From NCBI GenBank assembly GCA_002269645.1, contig NIVC01000900.1, positions 208,690-272,689 on the forward strand: 64,000 nucleotides of DNA. Direction: 5' to 3'. The position numbers and the translations under genes are program-made. The first letter of the stretch is position 1. Each line of letters opens with the position of its first letter. Below, one piece after another: positions 29,682 through 42,451 of the stretch. This DNA is from Macrostomum lignano (Eukaryota). The notes below the pieces were generated by a model. The model saw only the letters and a list, made by a program, of their open reading frames with translations. It had not been told where the DNA came from and searched no databases.

Positions 29682-31270
29682 ATGATATGATATGACAGGC
29701 CTAAAAATCTACATGAACTTGACTTACCTGACTTTGCTGCAGGGTGCTCCAGGCATCTGAATGCAGCGGGAGGCATTGAAGCCGAGTTCGCCTTAACCCT
29801 GGCGACGACGGGCAGCTGGTGCTGCGGTATAGCGCAGGGAGATCCGGTGGTGCCGGTGTCCGCAGCGCAGTCCCCCTCCGGGAGAGTCCAGAGGTAGATG
29901 GTCGCTCGCCCAAAAGCCCTCAGGTATCGGACGAGCAGCGAGCTGGCAAAAATGCTCGAGTCTGAAAACGTCGGAAAGGTCAGGAGTTGGGCGAGGTAGG
30001 TGAGCCTGTCCTTAGTAAATGTGGGGTATTCACAAATTAGATGAGAATGCTGAGAATGCTTTGCATTCTCAGAATCTAAGGGGATCTACCTTAGGAACAC
30101 CTTGTTAGAGGCGCCTAAGCGGTTGAGCTGCCCGATACAGTCGAGGACTGTACGCGAGCAGGTGTTGGTTCGTTCAAGAGGGTGGATCGCCGCTTGACTG
30201 TCCAAGTGGGAGAGTAATCTCCTCCCGCAAGACTCGCAGATTGTAAAGCTTCATGGAGCAGGAGCTGATTGCGAGAACTTCATTCTGGAAGACGGTAGAG
30301 CAAGTGCCAGTGTGCTGGGAGAAGGTCGCCACGGTTCTCCCTCCAGAGTGGTGGAATGCTGGTTTTCAATTCAAGCAGAGGGCGGAGCTTGAACAGGATT
30401 CTGTCCAAAAGGGTCAGAAGGCCCTCCCGTAGCTTCTAGGTCTCTCAGGTTGAGGTCGCCGTGCGGCCGGAGGTTCCGTTTTCTGAAGGGGAACTGCTTC
30501 TGGGTGAGAACACCCGCGTCACGCAGTCTTTAGTCACAGACAAAGAAGTCCAGGGGCCGGGGAAGGTCCATGAAGGAGTTCACGCCAGCGAATGGCGTAG
30601 AGGGAGTCGCGCTCATGATGCCATGCGGCTTTAACTTACACCCTGTTGAGAGCATCAAGAACCCCTTTTACCTCTAGGGCACTGTTCGGGGTTGAGGCCC
30701 AGGTAGCGTCGAAAGCTCTGCGGATCTGCGCGAGAGTCGCGAGAGCTTTGCGGACTTTGATTTGGACGTGCGGGGTCCAGCTCAACCTGTGGTTGAGGGT
30801 GACGCCCAGACATCTGGTTTGTTTCTTCATGGTAACAGATTTGCCACAGAGAAAATCATCCAATTTCGGTGGCTGGTCTTCGGTGGTGAACACGGTGGTC
30901 ACGGTTTTAGACTCAGAGCTTAAGGCCGCAGCTGTGTGCCCAGCGCTTAGCACGGTGAATGAAGGCTTGGAAGAGGTCTCTTAGGACCACGGGTGATGTT
31001 CCAGCCACACTAGCGGTATAACATCATCCACATAGCCGATGTACCGGGTCCGGATATGGGCTGCTGAGTCATTAGTTTATGACCAAGTTCCAGAGAATCT
31101 GGCTAAGGACTCCACCTTTCTGAAGCTCCACAGAGCGGGACTGTCCGAGGAGATACTGGGATCAGGTGGCAGTCTGAAGTATCTGACGTGTAAATTTCGC
31201 CTTTGTTGACTCGCCGGGGAAGAATTTCCCGTTGGAGTTCCCCTTCAGCGTTCTCTCCAGCAGTCACTGC
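29682..31270 (-). mobile_element. 5'-truncated, decayed non-LTR retrotransposon with RT and RNase H (I/R1/LOA-like)
   Basis: Minus-strand motifs GGVLSQILWNLVIN, IGYVDDV, CLGVTLNHRLSWTPHV...RRAFDATW, and RNase H STVFQNEVLAI and DSQAAI. Many stops and frameshifts. The 3' end has a short (tatca)n tail. Confidence 0.85.
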
Positions 31271-34200
31271 AGCCCAAAAAGTTGATGAAAAAGTGGCATC
31301 TTTAATAGCCGTTCAACGATGCCGATTTATGAGCTAGGAAAGCTTTCAGTAGTGAAGAATTAACCTAAGCTTTTTAGCTCTTTTGTTTTTCGCACAGTTT
31401 CCCGGGGCTTTTGAAATATTGATTGAATGAAGCAGAATCGCCGGTTTTCTCTTTACAATGAATTTCTTTTTTGATTGAATCGATCGAGTTGGCTTCCCGT
31501 AAGCAATTTGTCTCTTAGTCTCTCGCACATTTTACGAGCGTAGATCGCAACACTTTTTTCAGGCTCCAAAGTCAGTCATCAATGTAAAAAGAATGCGCGG
31601 AGTGCGTCCTAAAAACGAAGTTTTTTACGGAAATTCAACGCAAAAAGCTGTACCGGAAGAATAGAATATAGAATAGATAGATGAGCTCCATTCTGTAGGA
31701 CATCTAAAGTTTAAGCAAAAAAACTCGGAGCTGCAACTGCCTTCCGCTTGCAGAATGCTTCTTTTCCTAACATAATGAGCTTCAAACTACTTGCTGGGAG
31801 ACATGGAGAGAGACGGCTGAAGCGTGAAAGCGTGAACACGCAATCGGGCACACGCAAAGGCGGCCAAAGCGGGTCGTAACGTTGACCTCCGCCTTGTCAA
31901 TTTTGAGAAGAACCCTATAGCTATCGTTTAGTCGCTAAATCTTTTTAAGCTCGTGGGTTTTCTTCAGTTTCACACATTTGCGATGCAGACATTCACGCGA
32001 AAATTACACACTTTCAAAGACATTTACCACACGCAGTATTAATAAAACTTTAAAGGATGTTTAAGCAAATCATCCCACAAGTTACTTAAGCAAATTACTC
32101 AAAACCTTTGGAAATCATTTTGAATGGTACTAAAATTATATACGCGCTCCACATTAAAAACAGGACGAGAGCCTCATCTGCGGGCGGTCCCAGTTACAAC
32201 ACAATCCTTATTTTTTATCTGGATTCAGGATTAAGTTGCTTGAGTTATGAACTCGTTAACACCTAAACAAAAGTGGACGGCAATGCTGATCTGTTTGTTG
32301 AGAAATCAGCAAGCGAAAGATAACTATACTCAGCAACATTAAAAAGTCGCCACCCGGTGCCCCAGTGAGCAGTGTCTTTCGACCAGTGTCTATCACCTGG
32401 CCAACCATTTTGATATAAAAAATGCTTGCAGAAACAATGAAAACCGGGTGAAGCTATTCAATCCATCCAATCTTCGTTCTCCGCTCTTCCCAATCCCTCC
32501 TCACCCAGCCCAACTCTGCGTCGCGTCGTGTGGCGCAAGTTGCGTCACTCAAAAGTCAATACTGAGCTACAATTCACTGCGCACTCTCAAAGGTGGCGAC
32601 TTCTTAATGTTGTTGAGTATAGATGAATGTAGACTCAATTTAATCCAAATAATGACAAAATCGATGGGGATTATTTAAGAGCTGGAAAAGGTACATGTCA
32701 TGGGTTTCGGCCTTTTCGGCCCCTTTCGGAAAGCCTTCGCGCCTCAGGTCTCAGAAATAAATCAATTAGAGTCCTGGCCCCCCACTCCTGTCAGATGGTC
32801 AGCCCCATGGTAGCTTGATCGTGTGGCGAGCAGTCTAGGTCCATAGCGCCTAAGAGAGGGACAGCGAGAGACAAGCACGGAGAATTTTGAAGGTAGAGAT
32901 CAGCTAATCCGCAGATCAACTAACCCGCTGCCACCAGCCCGTGTGTCCTGGCTCACCAAACCAGAACTTTCGAAATCGGGCTTCCGACTAGAGGGGGCTT
33001 TGCACTTACCTGCCAACTAGTGTCTTTTTCTGTCAATCTCGAAGTCATAGCCGATGATAAGGGACACTGCTGGGACTAGATCGCATTGGCCATGCAGGTA
33101 CAGAGGGGACTTGTGCAGGGGATTCTTGCAGTGGCGAGCCTATGGGGTAGCTACATGTACTATTACATTGCTTAATACGAAAATATGTACTTTTGGCATT
33201 CAACGCGCCAACTAGCCTCTCATAGCCCTGATGATAGACTAACTCGAACATCGGAGACCGCATGATTCATTACCCGAGCCGCTTGGCGGACCTAGAGTGC
33301 ACAGAAGTACATCTCTGGCGCCGATTCTGCACTATTGGCAATTTTGCTCACTGATTTGATAGATTGATCGACTGAGAACTGCCTTGCCATTGGTCCACTG
33401 TGACCGGCGCCTACTAGCTTAGCTACTCATCTGAGCCATCGGCGAACAAAAAAATAAAACCGCGGATAAAAATAACTGTCAGATTTAACCTTCTCATTGA
33501 ATCACTTCACACCTCAGATTAAATTGGAGCTTCAGACTACTAGCAGTATTATTGAATGATTTCTGCCTCAGTACAGCACAGTACAGCTTTTGTTCAGTAC
33601 AGCACTACTGAACAAAATGAGCAAAAGTGTGCGCCTAATCCAGCTACTGAAATAGGGGACAGGTAAGGAATCACCCGATCAAGCAAGTCTAGGTAGCCTC
33701 TCACCCAACAAATCAGAAACTCATCAGCCGGAGACCAGGTAATCCACAGTGACCGAATCGGCTTAGTGCTTCGCAGCTGGAGGCCCGGGATGATGCTGAT
33801 GTCACAATCTTCGCAGATAGCTAGCAGGTGATGTTCTTAATCTTGATGTTCGCTGCTGACGACCAGGTGGATTCGTCCTTGATGGTGATGAGGGGAGTCG
33901 CGATCCGGGGATCAAGAGACGACGGTCGGGCTCCGGAAGGTCTAAGTTAGGCCAAAGTCCCAGGAGGCGGAGCAGGCGGTTGAGTCCGAGCGGGCCAAAA
34001 ACACCGGTTTAAATAGCCGCCAACTGGACTGCAATTTGTTATAATGGAACACCTCGACGCTGATTGGCTGAGCCGATTTGTTATAACGCACGTCGAATTT
34101 TCTGTTCGGCTGAGCTTCTTGCCACCCAAACTCACGTGACCAGAAGATCCTATCAGTTCCCTCGGGGCCATAAAAATACGACAGGTGCGGTCATAAATCA

Positions 34201-37200
34201 CTCAAAATCAATGATTTATGACCCAAAAGCCGCACCTATGTTATTATAACTACTGGTATGGCAAAATCATATAACTAGTATGAATTCTAGGAAAATTACA
34301 TAAAGAGAAGAAAAAAGGCCCATAGCCTGTTGTTAGTATAGTAGGCTAGTAAGTTTGAAGCCCATGTGCGAGCGTGAAGTTTGGAAAAAGTGCGTCCTCA
34401 TCACATGTAAGCAAGGCAGGGATCGAGTAGCCAGGGAAGAAAAAAATCGAAGAAATAAAATGCTCTTGTCTTTTGAAATATTGTACAACAACAGCAGCAA
34501 AAAACTTTGTCAATTAGGGTTTTTAGAAGGCTGCAGCATCATAGCGCGCGCCTCTGGGCCAGGTCGCGAATGCAGGCCACGCGGCCGACCGAATCCGAGG
34601 CGCCGGCGCCAGCAGGCAGATAACGAAATGCCCAGTGCGGACGACAGGACTGCCCTCACAGAACGAAAGGTAGCCGAGTCAATACCGCGGCGATGCCGCA
34701 GATCCTCGCGGACGCCGGGAACCAGACCGTCGAGGCAGATGAACTTAGACTGGCAACGCGCACAGAAGCCCCCATCGCCTAGCCTGCAATTTTGTGCCGA
34801 GGTGCAAGATAGACAGTCATATTACATGTATATGTGTCATATTACATGTCGTTCGGCAAGCAGAGGCAGCAGAGCATGACTGGGGTCCAACAACCAGGCC
34901 GACATTGATCGCCGCAACAGCAACCAGCTTTTTATTCGTCGCTGGGTGCGCTCTCGAGGCGAAGATCGTCGGCTTAGGACGTCAAGTACGCTGATCGCGG
35001 GCCTCTTCGGTTGTCGGCGACCCAGAAAGCCGCAGAAAGTCTTCGTTTGTAGGAAGAGAGAATTATTCACACCACAAAGTCAAGCACAAGAACAAAAAAT
35101 TAAAAGTATCCTGAACTTGAACCCCTTGAATCTCTGCCATTGAGTAAAGAACTATATAGGTACATGTGTACGTTACATGTATACTACCGCGGTAGATCTG
35201 ATCTTCCGCAAACATTTCACAGAAAACAATGCATTAGCTTTTTTATCGAATTTCAAGCGTCTACAGCCATCAGCCTTACTCAGAGGGTCAGCCGACCACC
35301 TTACTCCCATATTCACCATTAGTCTGAATAAAACACTTTCCTCTGTGTTCACTTCTGTCCTGAACTCTGTTTGTTGCCTGGTCTCTTGTCTTTTGAAAAA
35401 AATTAAATGCTCTCGTAGCTACAAGAAATTTCAAAAGTTTACAAACAAAAAAGACAGAATTATTTTATGTGGAATTTTTGCTAGCTACTACACGAGCTAA
35501 AAGTCCTGTAATTCGGTTGCAAAGTTATGCTTTCCACAATAAGCCATCTGTAACGTTTTGTTAGTTAGAAGTAAGTTTAATCCTTATATTTAAATTCAAT
35601 TTTTTAGACCTTAACTTTGCGCAAGTTCATTTAGCATTTTTTGATAAATACCAAATGTTGGTTTGTTGAAATCGAATAATTTCCAAGAAATTTTATTCAT
35701 ATTTGAACATGTAACTTAAAGTATTTTTGCTTAATTAGCTACTACTTTAATTACTACTGCTTTAATTACTTTGTGTAACCTCCGACCATGCGGGCCGGTC
35801 TTGGTTGAAGGATCAGCCTTCATACGAATGCGACATCGTTATGTGTAATATTAAAAAATGACATTTCCTGCAGCATAACCTTAGCAACCTTTGCTAAGTA
35901 AATATATGCTATTGCCATGGGCATAATCAATTCCAAAGAGAAAGTAGTAGTTTAAACTTTAAAGCAACTAAAATGTAACTGTGTAGTGTAGTTAGTAGAA
36001 GCAATCACTCCAATCTACAATGTAATTCAATCAGTGATTGTAGTCACATAAATGGCTTAATTGACAGTAAAAATAGGCCTTTACTCATTAGTAGTAGAAC
36101 TCTTATGAGGGTAGGCCTATTAAAATCAGTGAAACTTTTAATTTAAAAATTATGAACTTAGTTTGCTAAACAAAAAAGAACATTATGATACTATCTGAAC
36201 TGAATGCTGACTGTCTTAACTGAATGTCTGACTGTCTAAATATATTATATTTGCATTAACTTTGCATTAAAAAGTTAAACTATAGTTTGATAGTTAAAAT
36301 AGACCTAGGTTTATTATAATATGCAGTCTAGATATTCATAACAAGTCATAAATATTTTCTTTGTCTATGATATGACTATCATAGACAATAAATACCAGCT
36401 CAGTTTCTTAAAGCAAATAATAAATTTGGCATCATTTTCAAATAAAGTACATTTAACAGAGAAAAATGTTGGCTTTAGACCTAATCTAGATTTTTAAGTT
36501 TAATAATTTTTGTTTAAAATAATTTTTTAACTTAAATGTTTCTAATTCTGTTTTATTATCATAATTTAAGCCTAATATACCTATAGTAAAGGCATTTATT
36601 CTGTTTATGACTAGGCCTAGGCCTATACCAGGTTGCGGATAGCCACCCAGCCACCCTAAGTGGATGAACAAAACAGCCACCCTAAGTTTTTACTCCTTGG
36701 CATACACAATCAGCGTACACAGCCCTTAGCAAACACTATTGATAATGGTATACACAAGTAACACAGCCACGTATACTTTTTTGGCGTATAAATTTTGGTA
36801 AATAAATTCATGCCATGCATGAAAATTGTAATATAAATTAAGGTTTTTATGTAAGGTAATGGAAAATTCGTATTGTCAGTAAAAAAAATTTTGCTTCTTT
36901 GAAATTAACAATAAATAAAATTAGTGTAAATTTTTGCTAAAAGTATCAATTTTTTTGCATCCCTTTTGGAATAAGTTTCAAAAACCTGTGCACGTGACAT
37001 GGGTAGGGACTTCAGTGAGTTATAAGAAGTGCGTGCCAATGGCAAAAAAGTAAGAAAAAAGTTCAATTTTTCAAGGGCGATTTTAAAGAAACTATAGAAG
37101 CCAGGATGAAAGTAAAATATGCATTTAAAAGGTAAAAAGGAGCTCTTTCAAATGACACCAACTGCAAGTCTAGCTTTGTTATACTTTTTGCACTGTCTAT

Positions 37201-40070
37201 TTTTAAAGTTGACCATTTTTTAGGAGGAATATAAAATTGAAGCCAAAATGAATAAAAAAACAGTGGTTCAGAAAATGCTTTTTCTTAGCTGCAATGTGTT
37301 TCTTATAATGGAAACAAAGGTTTTATAGTGTAAAGGGATAATTTAGAAACATTTTTCTGGTGTTAAAAAAATTTTTTTTTCTTTTAATGCCCATATGGCT
37401 CTATGCAAAATTTCAAATCCAAAATTTTCCATGAAATCCTTTTCCTGCATTGTTTCTCTTTATATTTTTCATTACCTATTGACAATACAAGCACAGTAAA
37501 AAAACCGCTTGCCAATAGCTATAGGCGCAAAAATTTTGTGGAGGTTTCTTTTTTTAATACGTTTACATGTAAAATACCCATTGAAACGTGTATTTCGTGT
37601 TTTTTGTGAGACTCTGCCTTCCGGCAAACTAGTTCTCTGTGTCATTTAACTAATTCTGCTATGCTGAACACGATAGGCAAAACCGTTTTTTAATAAACCC
37701 ATGCGCAAAGCCTGTACAGCACATTACATTGCAGTTGGGGTGTCTGTCATGCATTAAAAATTTAGGGCAAGAAGTAGAATAGTATTATAGTAGGTAAAAA
37801 CCTGAACAAAATGACACTAGCCTTGTATAAATTAAGCAAGCAGAACAGATGCTATTGTATTTTTAAAATTGCAATCATTGCGTATCTGGTTAAAATAGTC
37901 AAAATTTCATACACCCATCCTGTTTCAATTAGCTTAGCAACTTGGGCATATAAAATAATATTAAAATATATAATTCATACAATTAACACTAAAAAACTGA
38001 ACAAAATGACACCAAGCACAGTCATTTTGGTTGGCTAGAAAATTAATTACAAGTGTTCAAAGACAAAAAGCCAACTTTTTGGCCAAAAATGATCACAAAC
38101 CGTAATGTAAAAATTCCATTGGCTAAAGGCACAAATCGGGGTTACTAAAATAGCTGTAGTTTCCTTATTACTCAACCAAATCACTAAAGTTTGGCCATTT
38201 TGGAAATGGGAAAGTAAGATCTATCTAGTGAAATAGCAGCCTATAACAATTTCTGAAATTTAATTTTCTCACTGAAGTGCCTAACATGGGTGTCAAAATT
38301 GTGCCCTCAAAAGCGCAACGCAACACCAATGTCTGTTGACTGAATGACCAGGGGTAGAGGACGCCATAGCAGCCATGTTATAATTGACAATTCCCATTCT
38401 GGCATTAACTCCAGACATCGAGACCATGGGGCGAGGAACGAAAGTATTCCTTTCAATTTTGCGGAAAAAGAAGTAAAATTTAAAAACAATAAACAGTAAA
38501 ACAACAAAGGTACAACACTTGGAAAAATAGCGCATGCATTGTAACTAACAAGTAACATTTCTAAAAATTATATTTGAAGTATTAGTTATTTTACCATCAA
38601 AAAAAAGAACAATTCAAGAACTAGTTATTATCAAACATGTTTGAAACATTTAAATACCAAGAAACAACCATGAACATATTACAATGAAACACAGTTTATA
38701 AGGTTTTGGCTACAGATCCAGGCCACAATGCGTCACATGACGACGCCAGCCACCAAGTTGCCATACTGTTGCATCATGTGATGCAACACATGACGACACC
38801 AGGTTTCCACAGTTTCGCGCAACGTGATATACCACTTGACACCACTGTCGTGCGACGTGACACTAGGAGAATCCAAAAATGCGACAGACGGTCATCCACG
38901 TTTTGTCAACTTATTCCAATAGGGTTTTGCATTATATTATTTGTAGGTAATAATATTTTCATCATAGTGCTTTTCATAATATTTTAAAAACACATCATAC
39001 AAAAGCCTTTCTTAGAAAACTCTACTTGTGAAAAACCATATTACCTTTTAAGAATTTTTGGTGTACATTGGCATACAAAGTCCTTGATGCCCAAATTTGG
39101 TCTAGCGTACACGGATACATGATCCGCACACTAGGGCCTATAGAGAATATTTTGCTTCTATAGGCCATAGATAGGAAAATGGCATATATGCTAAAAATTT
39201 CTAGGTTAGGCCTTATACTTTAAAAATTGGCATACATATTAGGGTGTAAAACCAACATGGCCACATAACAAGATGGCCATAGCTGGGATAGGGTTCATAG
39301 AAAATGACAACTGGTTTTATTATTTTATAGTGAGATGGGGGTGGAGAAAGAAAAATAAAATTTGAAGTTAGGTTTTCTTCAAAACCAGTCAGCGTTGCAT
39401 TTGCACAAGTAAATCTAGAAAATCATGCAGACAAATCACAATTGATATAGTATACTATATCAATCTTCAATAGCCCCTCTGTTAATTTAACAACAGATAG
39501 TATAATTCTTTACCTCATATAGCTCTTTATAACCTATAATTTCCTTTTTAAACTAAGACTAAAACAAGCTTTCCTTGAAGTTTGCTTCTAGAAGACTAAA
39601 GACAAAAAATTAATGTATCAAAAGATTTTAAGTATCTACCACTGAATTCATTTTTGAAAAGATATAACAAATAAAATTAAGTGACAAAAAGAAATAACTA
39701 AGAAAAATGATAAGATTGGAATGGAATCATTGTGGAATGGAATAAAAAAGGTATAGATTAGAGCAATGTTAAATCTTTGCTCAATAGTCAAACTTTCAAG
39801 CCATAGACTCAAGGCAGCAGTTGTCTTGAGTATAGCACTCTGCCACTCTGAATTAACTCAATTGCTCATAAACTCAAACTGACTTCATAAAGCTGTGTTA
39901 TATTATGATTTTTTTGTTGAAATTACTTATTACAAAACAAGTTGAAACCCATTTCACAATCAAGTTTTTTTTTTCAATTCTCAATGTATATTTGTCTGAG
40001 ATCTTACACTAAGTATGAGTTAGCTTTGATTTATTGGCACTCAATCGATTTATTGCTGCTTGATTTCCAG

Positions 40071-42451
40071 CTGGTCCCAGAGAAGCAGCAACGCCAGGCA
40101 GTTGCAAGCTTGCTGCACTGGCTGGCCAGCTGCTATCAGCTTGATGAGGCAACTCTGACTGAAACAGCTGGTCAGCTCTCCAGTCTGTCAGATGGTCAGC
40201 TTCGCGACCTGTTAGCTGCAGCGACTGCTGCTAATGAAGTCTGTTTGGACTCTGTGCCACCATCCATACCCACCAGTTCATGCTGCATTCCACTGCCTAT
40301 CAATCTTAAACCGCGACTGCTGGTTTGTCGCCTGCGTAGATGGACAGATTTGGATGACAATTCAGAGGAACTGTTACGAGTTTGTCGATGCAGTGTAGAA
40401 AATGGGAATGCCAATGGTAACTCTTCAAGCGAGCCTGCTACTGAGAGTAGTAGCGTAGGTGCTGGATTTGATGTCTTTTGTTGGTAAGTTGAGTATCAAC
40501 TTACCAAGAATATCAAGAATAGCCCATGCCCATGCTATGTTTTGGCCGTCTCAAAAGTTTACCCAAGTAGCCTATTTAGCTTTGTACTAACCGCGGCCAT
40601 CTCTGCTTAACTTTTGCCCAAATCAGGTTTCATCAGGAAGATTGTAAAGTCTATGAAAGTACTGTATATTTGCAAGTTTTTTAGAGCATATCCTAATCAT
40701 ACTACTTTTGTGGCCCATGCAGTCAGTAGTCTGGGTGGTTTCGTTTGAATCATGGTGTCATTTGGTATCCCAGGCCTAAAACCTCAGTGTTAAAATGAAG
40801 TTTGGTGGATATCAGTGCCATATTTCGAGCTCCAATGGGGGTTGTAGTCTTAGTGGTGAGAGCGTCGGACTCCCGGCTGAAAGGTCGGGGGTTCGATTCC
40901 CGATCCCTGTCCAAACAATTTGTGTCCTTGAGCAAGACACTTAACTCTGCATTGCTTCAGTTCACCCAGCTGTAAAATGGGTGCCAGCATCAGCTGGGGT
41001 AATTGAGGGTGTGTGGCGACCCCCCCCCCCAGTTCTTGGACTGAACAGCCGTACGCAGCCTTTTCATTTTCGCTAAGGCAGGTAATACGGCATATTGGCA
41101 GTAGTATAGTGTGCGTTGAACAGTAGTGAATTTATTTTTTCCAATCAACTGCACTGCAGCGCCAATCCCATGCACTACACTCGCCGGGTCTGGTGCACGG
41201 CTTTCTATTACGAACTGGATAATCGGGTTGGCGATGCCTTCAAGGCGAGCGAGCCCTGCCTGCGCATTGACGGCGGCGGTGGCGGCAGCTTTGATCGGGT
41301 CGGTCGCCGAAGGTTTTGCCTGGCGCCGCTGTGGAATGCCGACAGACCGGCGGCGGCCCATGCGTTGCGCCGGTGCATTGGTCAGGGCCTGCTGCTTCAG
41401 CTGTGCCGCGGTGGCACCGTCTACCTGCAGTGTCGATCGCCAGTGCCCGTGAGCGCCTTTATTGTTAGTTGCTAATGTATTCGTGTTGCTAAACTTTACG
41501 TTTTACGGTTTAAAGGGTTCTAATTTGGGTTTTTACTGAGTTCTAATTGGGGTTTTACTGGATTTTAATTAAGGTTTTACTGGATTCTAATAGTGGTTTT
41601 TCCTGGGTTCTAATTGGGGTTTTGCTGGATTCTAATTGTGGTTTTACTGGGTTCTAATTGGGGCTTTAGTGGGTTCTAATTGGGGCTTTACTGGGTTCTA
41701 ATTGGGCTTTTACTGGGTTCTAATTGGGGCTTAAAGGGTTCTAATTTGGGTTTTTACTGAGTTCTAATTGGGGTTTTACTAGGTTCTAATTGAAATTTTA
41801 TTGGGTTCGAATTGGGGTTTAAATGGTTTTAATTTGGGTTTTTACTGAATTCTAATTGGGACTTTAGTGGGTTCTAATTGGGGTTTTTACTGGGTTCTAA
41901 TTAAGGTTTTACTGGGTTCTAATTGGGGTTTTGCTGGATTCTAATTGTGATTTTATTGGGTTAAATCTAAACCAAATTTTGGTTTAGATTAGGTTCATGT
42001 AGTTAGAATTTACTGGGGATAGACTTAATGATTCCCATTTTTATTGAATGGCTTCTAAATTCTATGAATCCATGATCTATATGGGCTGATTCACTAACTG
42101 CATCAATCAACCCACTCCGTCCACTCCAACCCTCAGGTCTTTGTCCAGTCGCCCAACGCCAGTCTGCAGCGCGGCTGGCACCCCGCCACGGTTTGCCGGG
42201 TGCCCCCCGGCGGCAGCCTGTGCGTGTTCTCCGACCAGCTCTTCCTCCAGCACCTGTCCGACTGTAGGCGCTTTGAAGATGCCTACAGCTTGATCAGAAT
42301 GTGCTCGATTCGGATTTCATTTGCCAAAGGTTGGGGCAGCGACTATCGTAGGCAGAGGATCACTGCCACGCCTTGTTGGCTGGAGATTGTGCTGGCTAAG
42401 CCGCTTGTTTGGCTTGACCGAGTTTTAGTTGCTATGGGCGGGCCCAGCTGA
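40071..42451 (+). CDS. SMAD: Atypical SMAD (degenerate MH1, no linker, R-SMAD-type MH2 without SSXS); 5' exon not securely placed
   Basis: Exons 40071-40483, 41160-41448 and 42137-42451 in frame. MH1 motifs EKQQRQAVASLL, CIPLP, CRLRRWTDL, CCANPMHYTR. MH2 motifs WCTAFYYELDNRVG, VFVQSPN, HPATVCRVPPG, RMCSIRISFAKGWGSDYRRQ, TPCWLE, WLDRVLVAMGGPS*. Confidence 0.92.
40837..41085 (+). mobile_element. tRNA-derived SINE with CORE-like domain, copy 2 (in SMAD intron)
   Basis: Same head and body as 26959: ggggttgtagtcttagtggtgagagcgtcggact...ggttcgattccc...gtgtccttgagcaagacacttaactctgc. Confidence 0.85.
41505..41965. repeat. About 22-bp satellite (gggttctaattggggttttact)n in SMAD intron
   Basis: About 20 degenerate tandem units. 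Confidence 0.9.

Noticed and set aside
32700-32760. Second hammerhead (ggcc gaaa aggcc gaaac on the minus strand)
   Set aside because: No CUGANGA core or convincing stems I and III. At most a decayed Penelope end.
34500-34800. GC-rich open frames upstream of the candidate SMAD 5' exon
   Set aside because: No family motif recognised in any frame. Could be promoter/UTR or an old TE.
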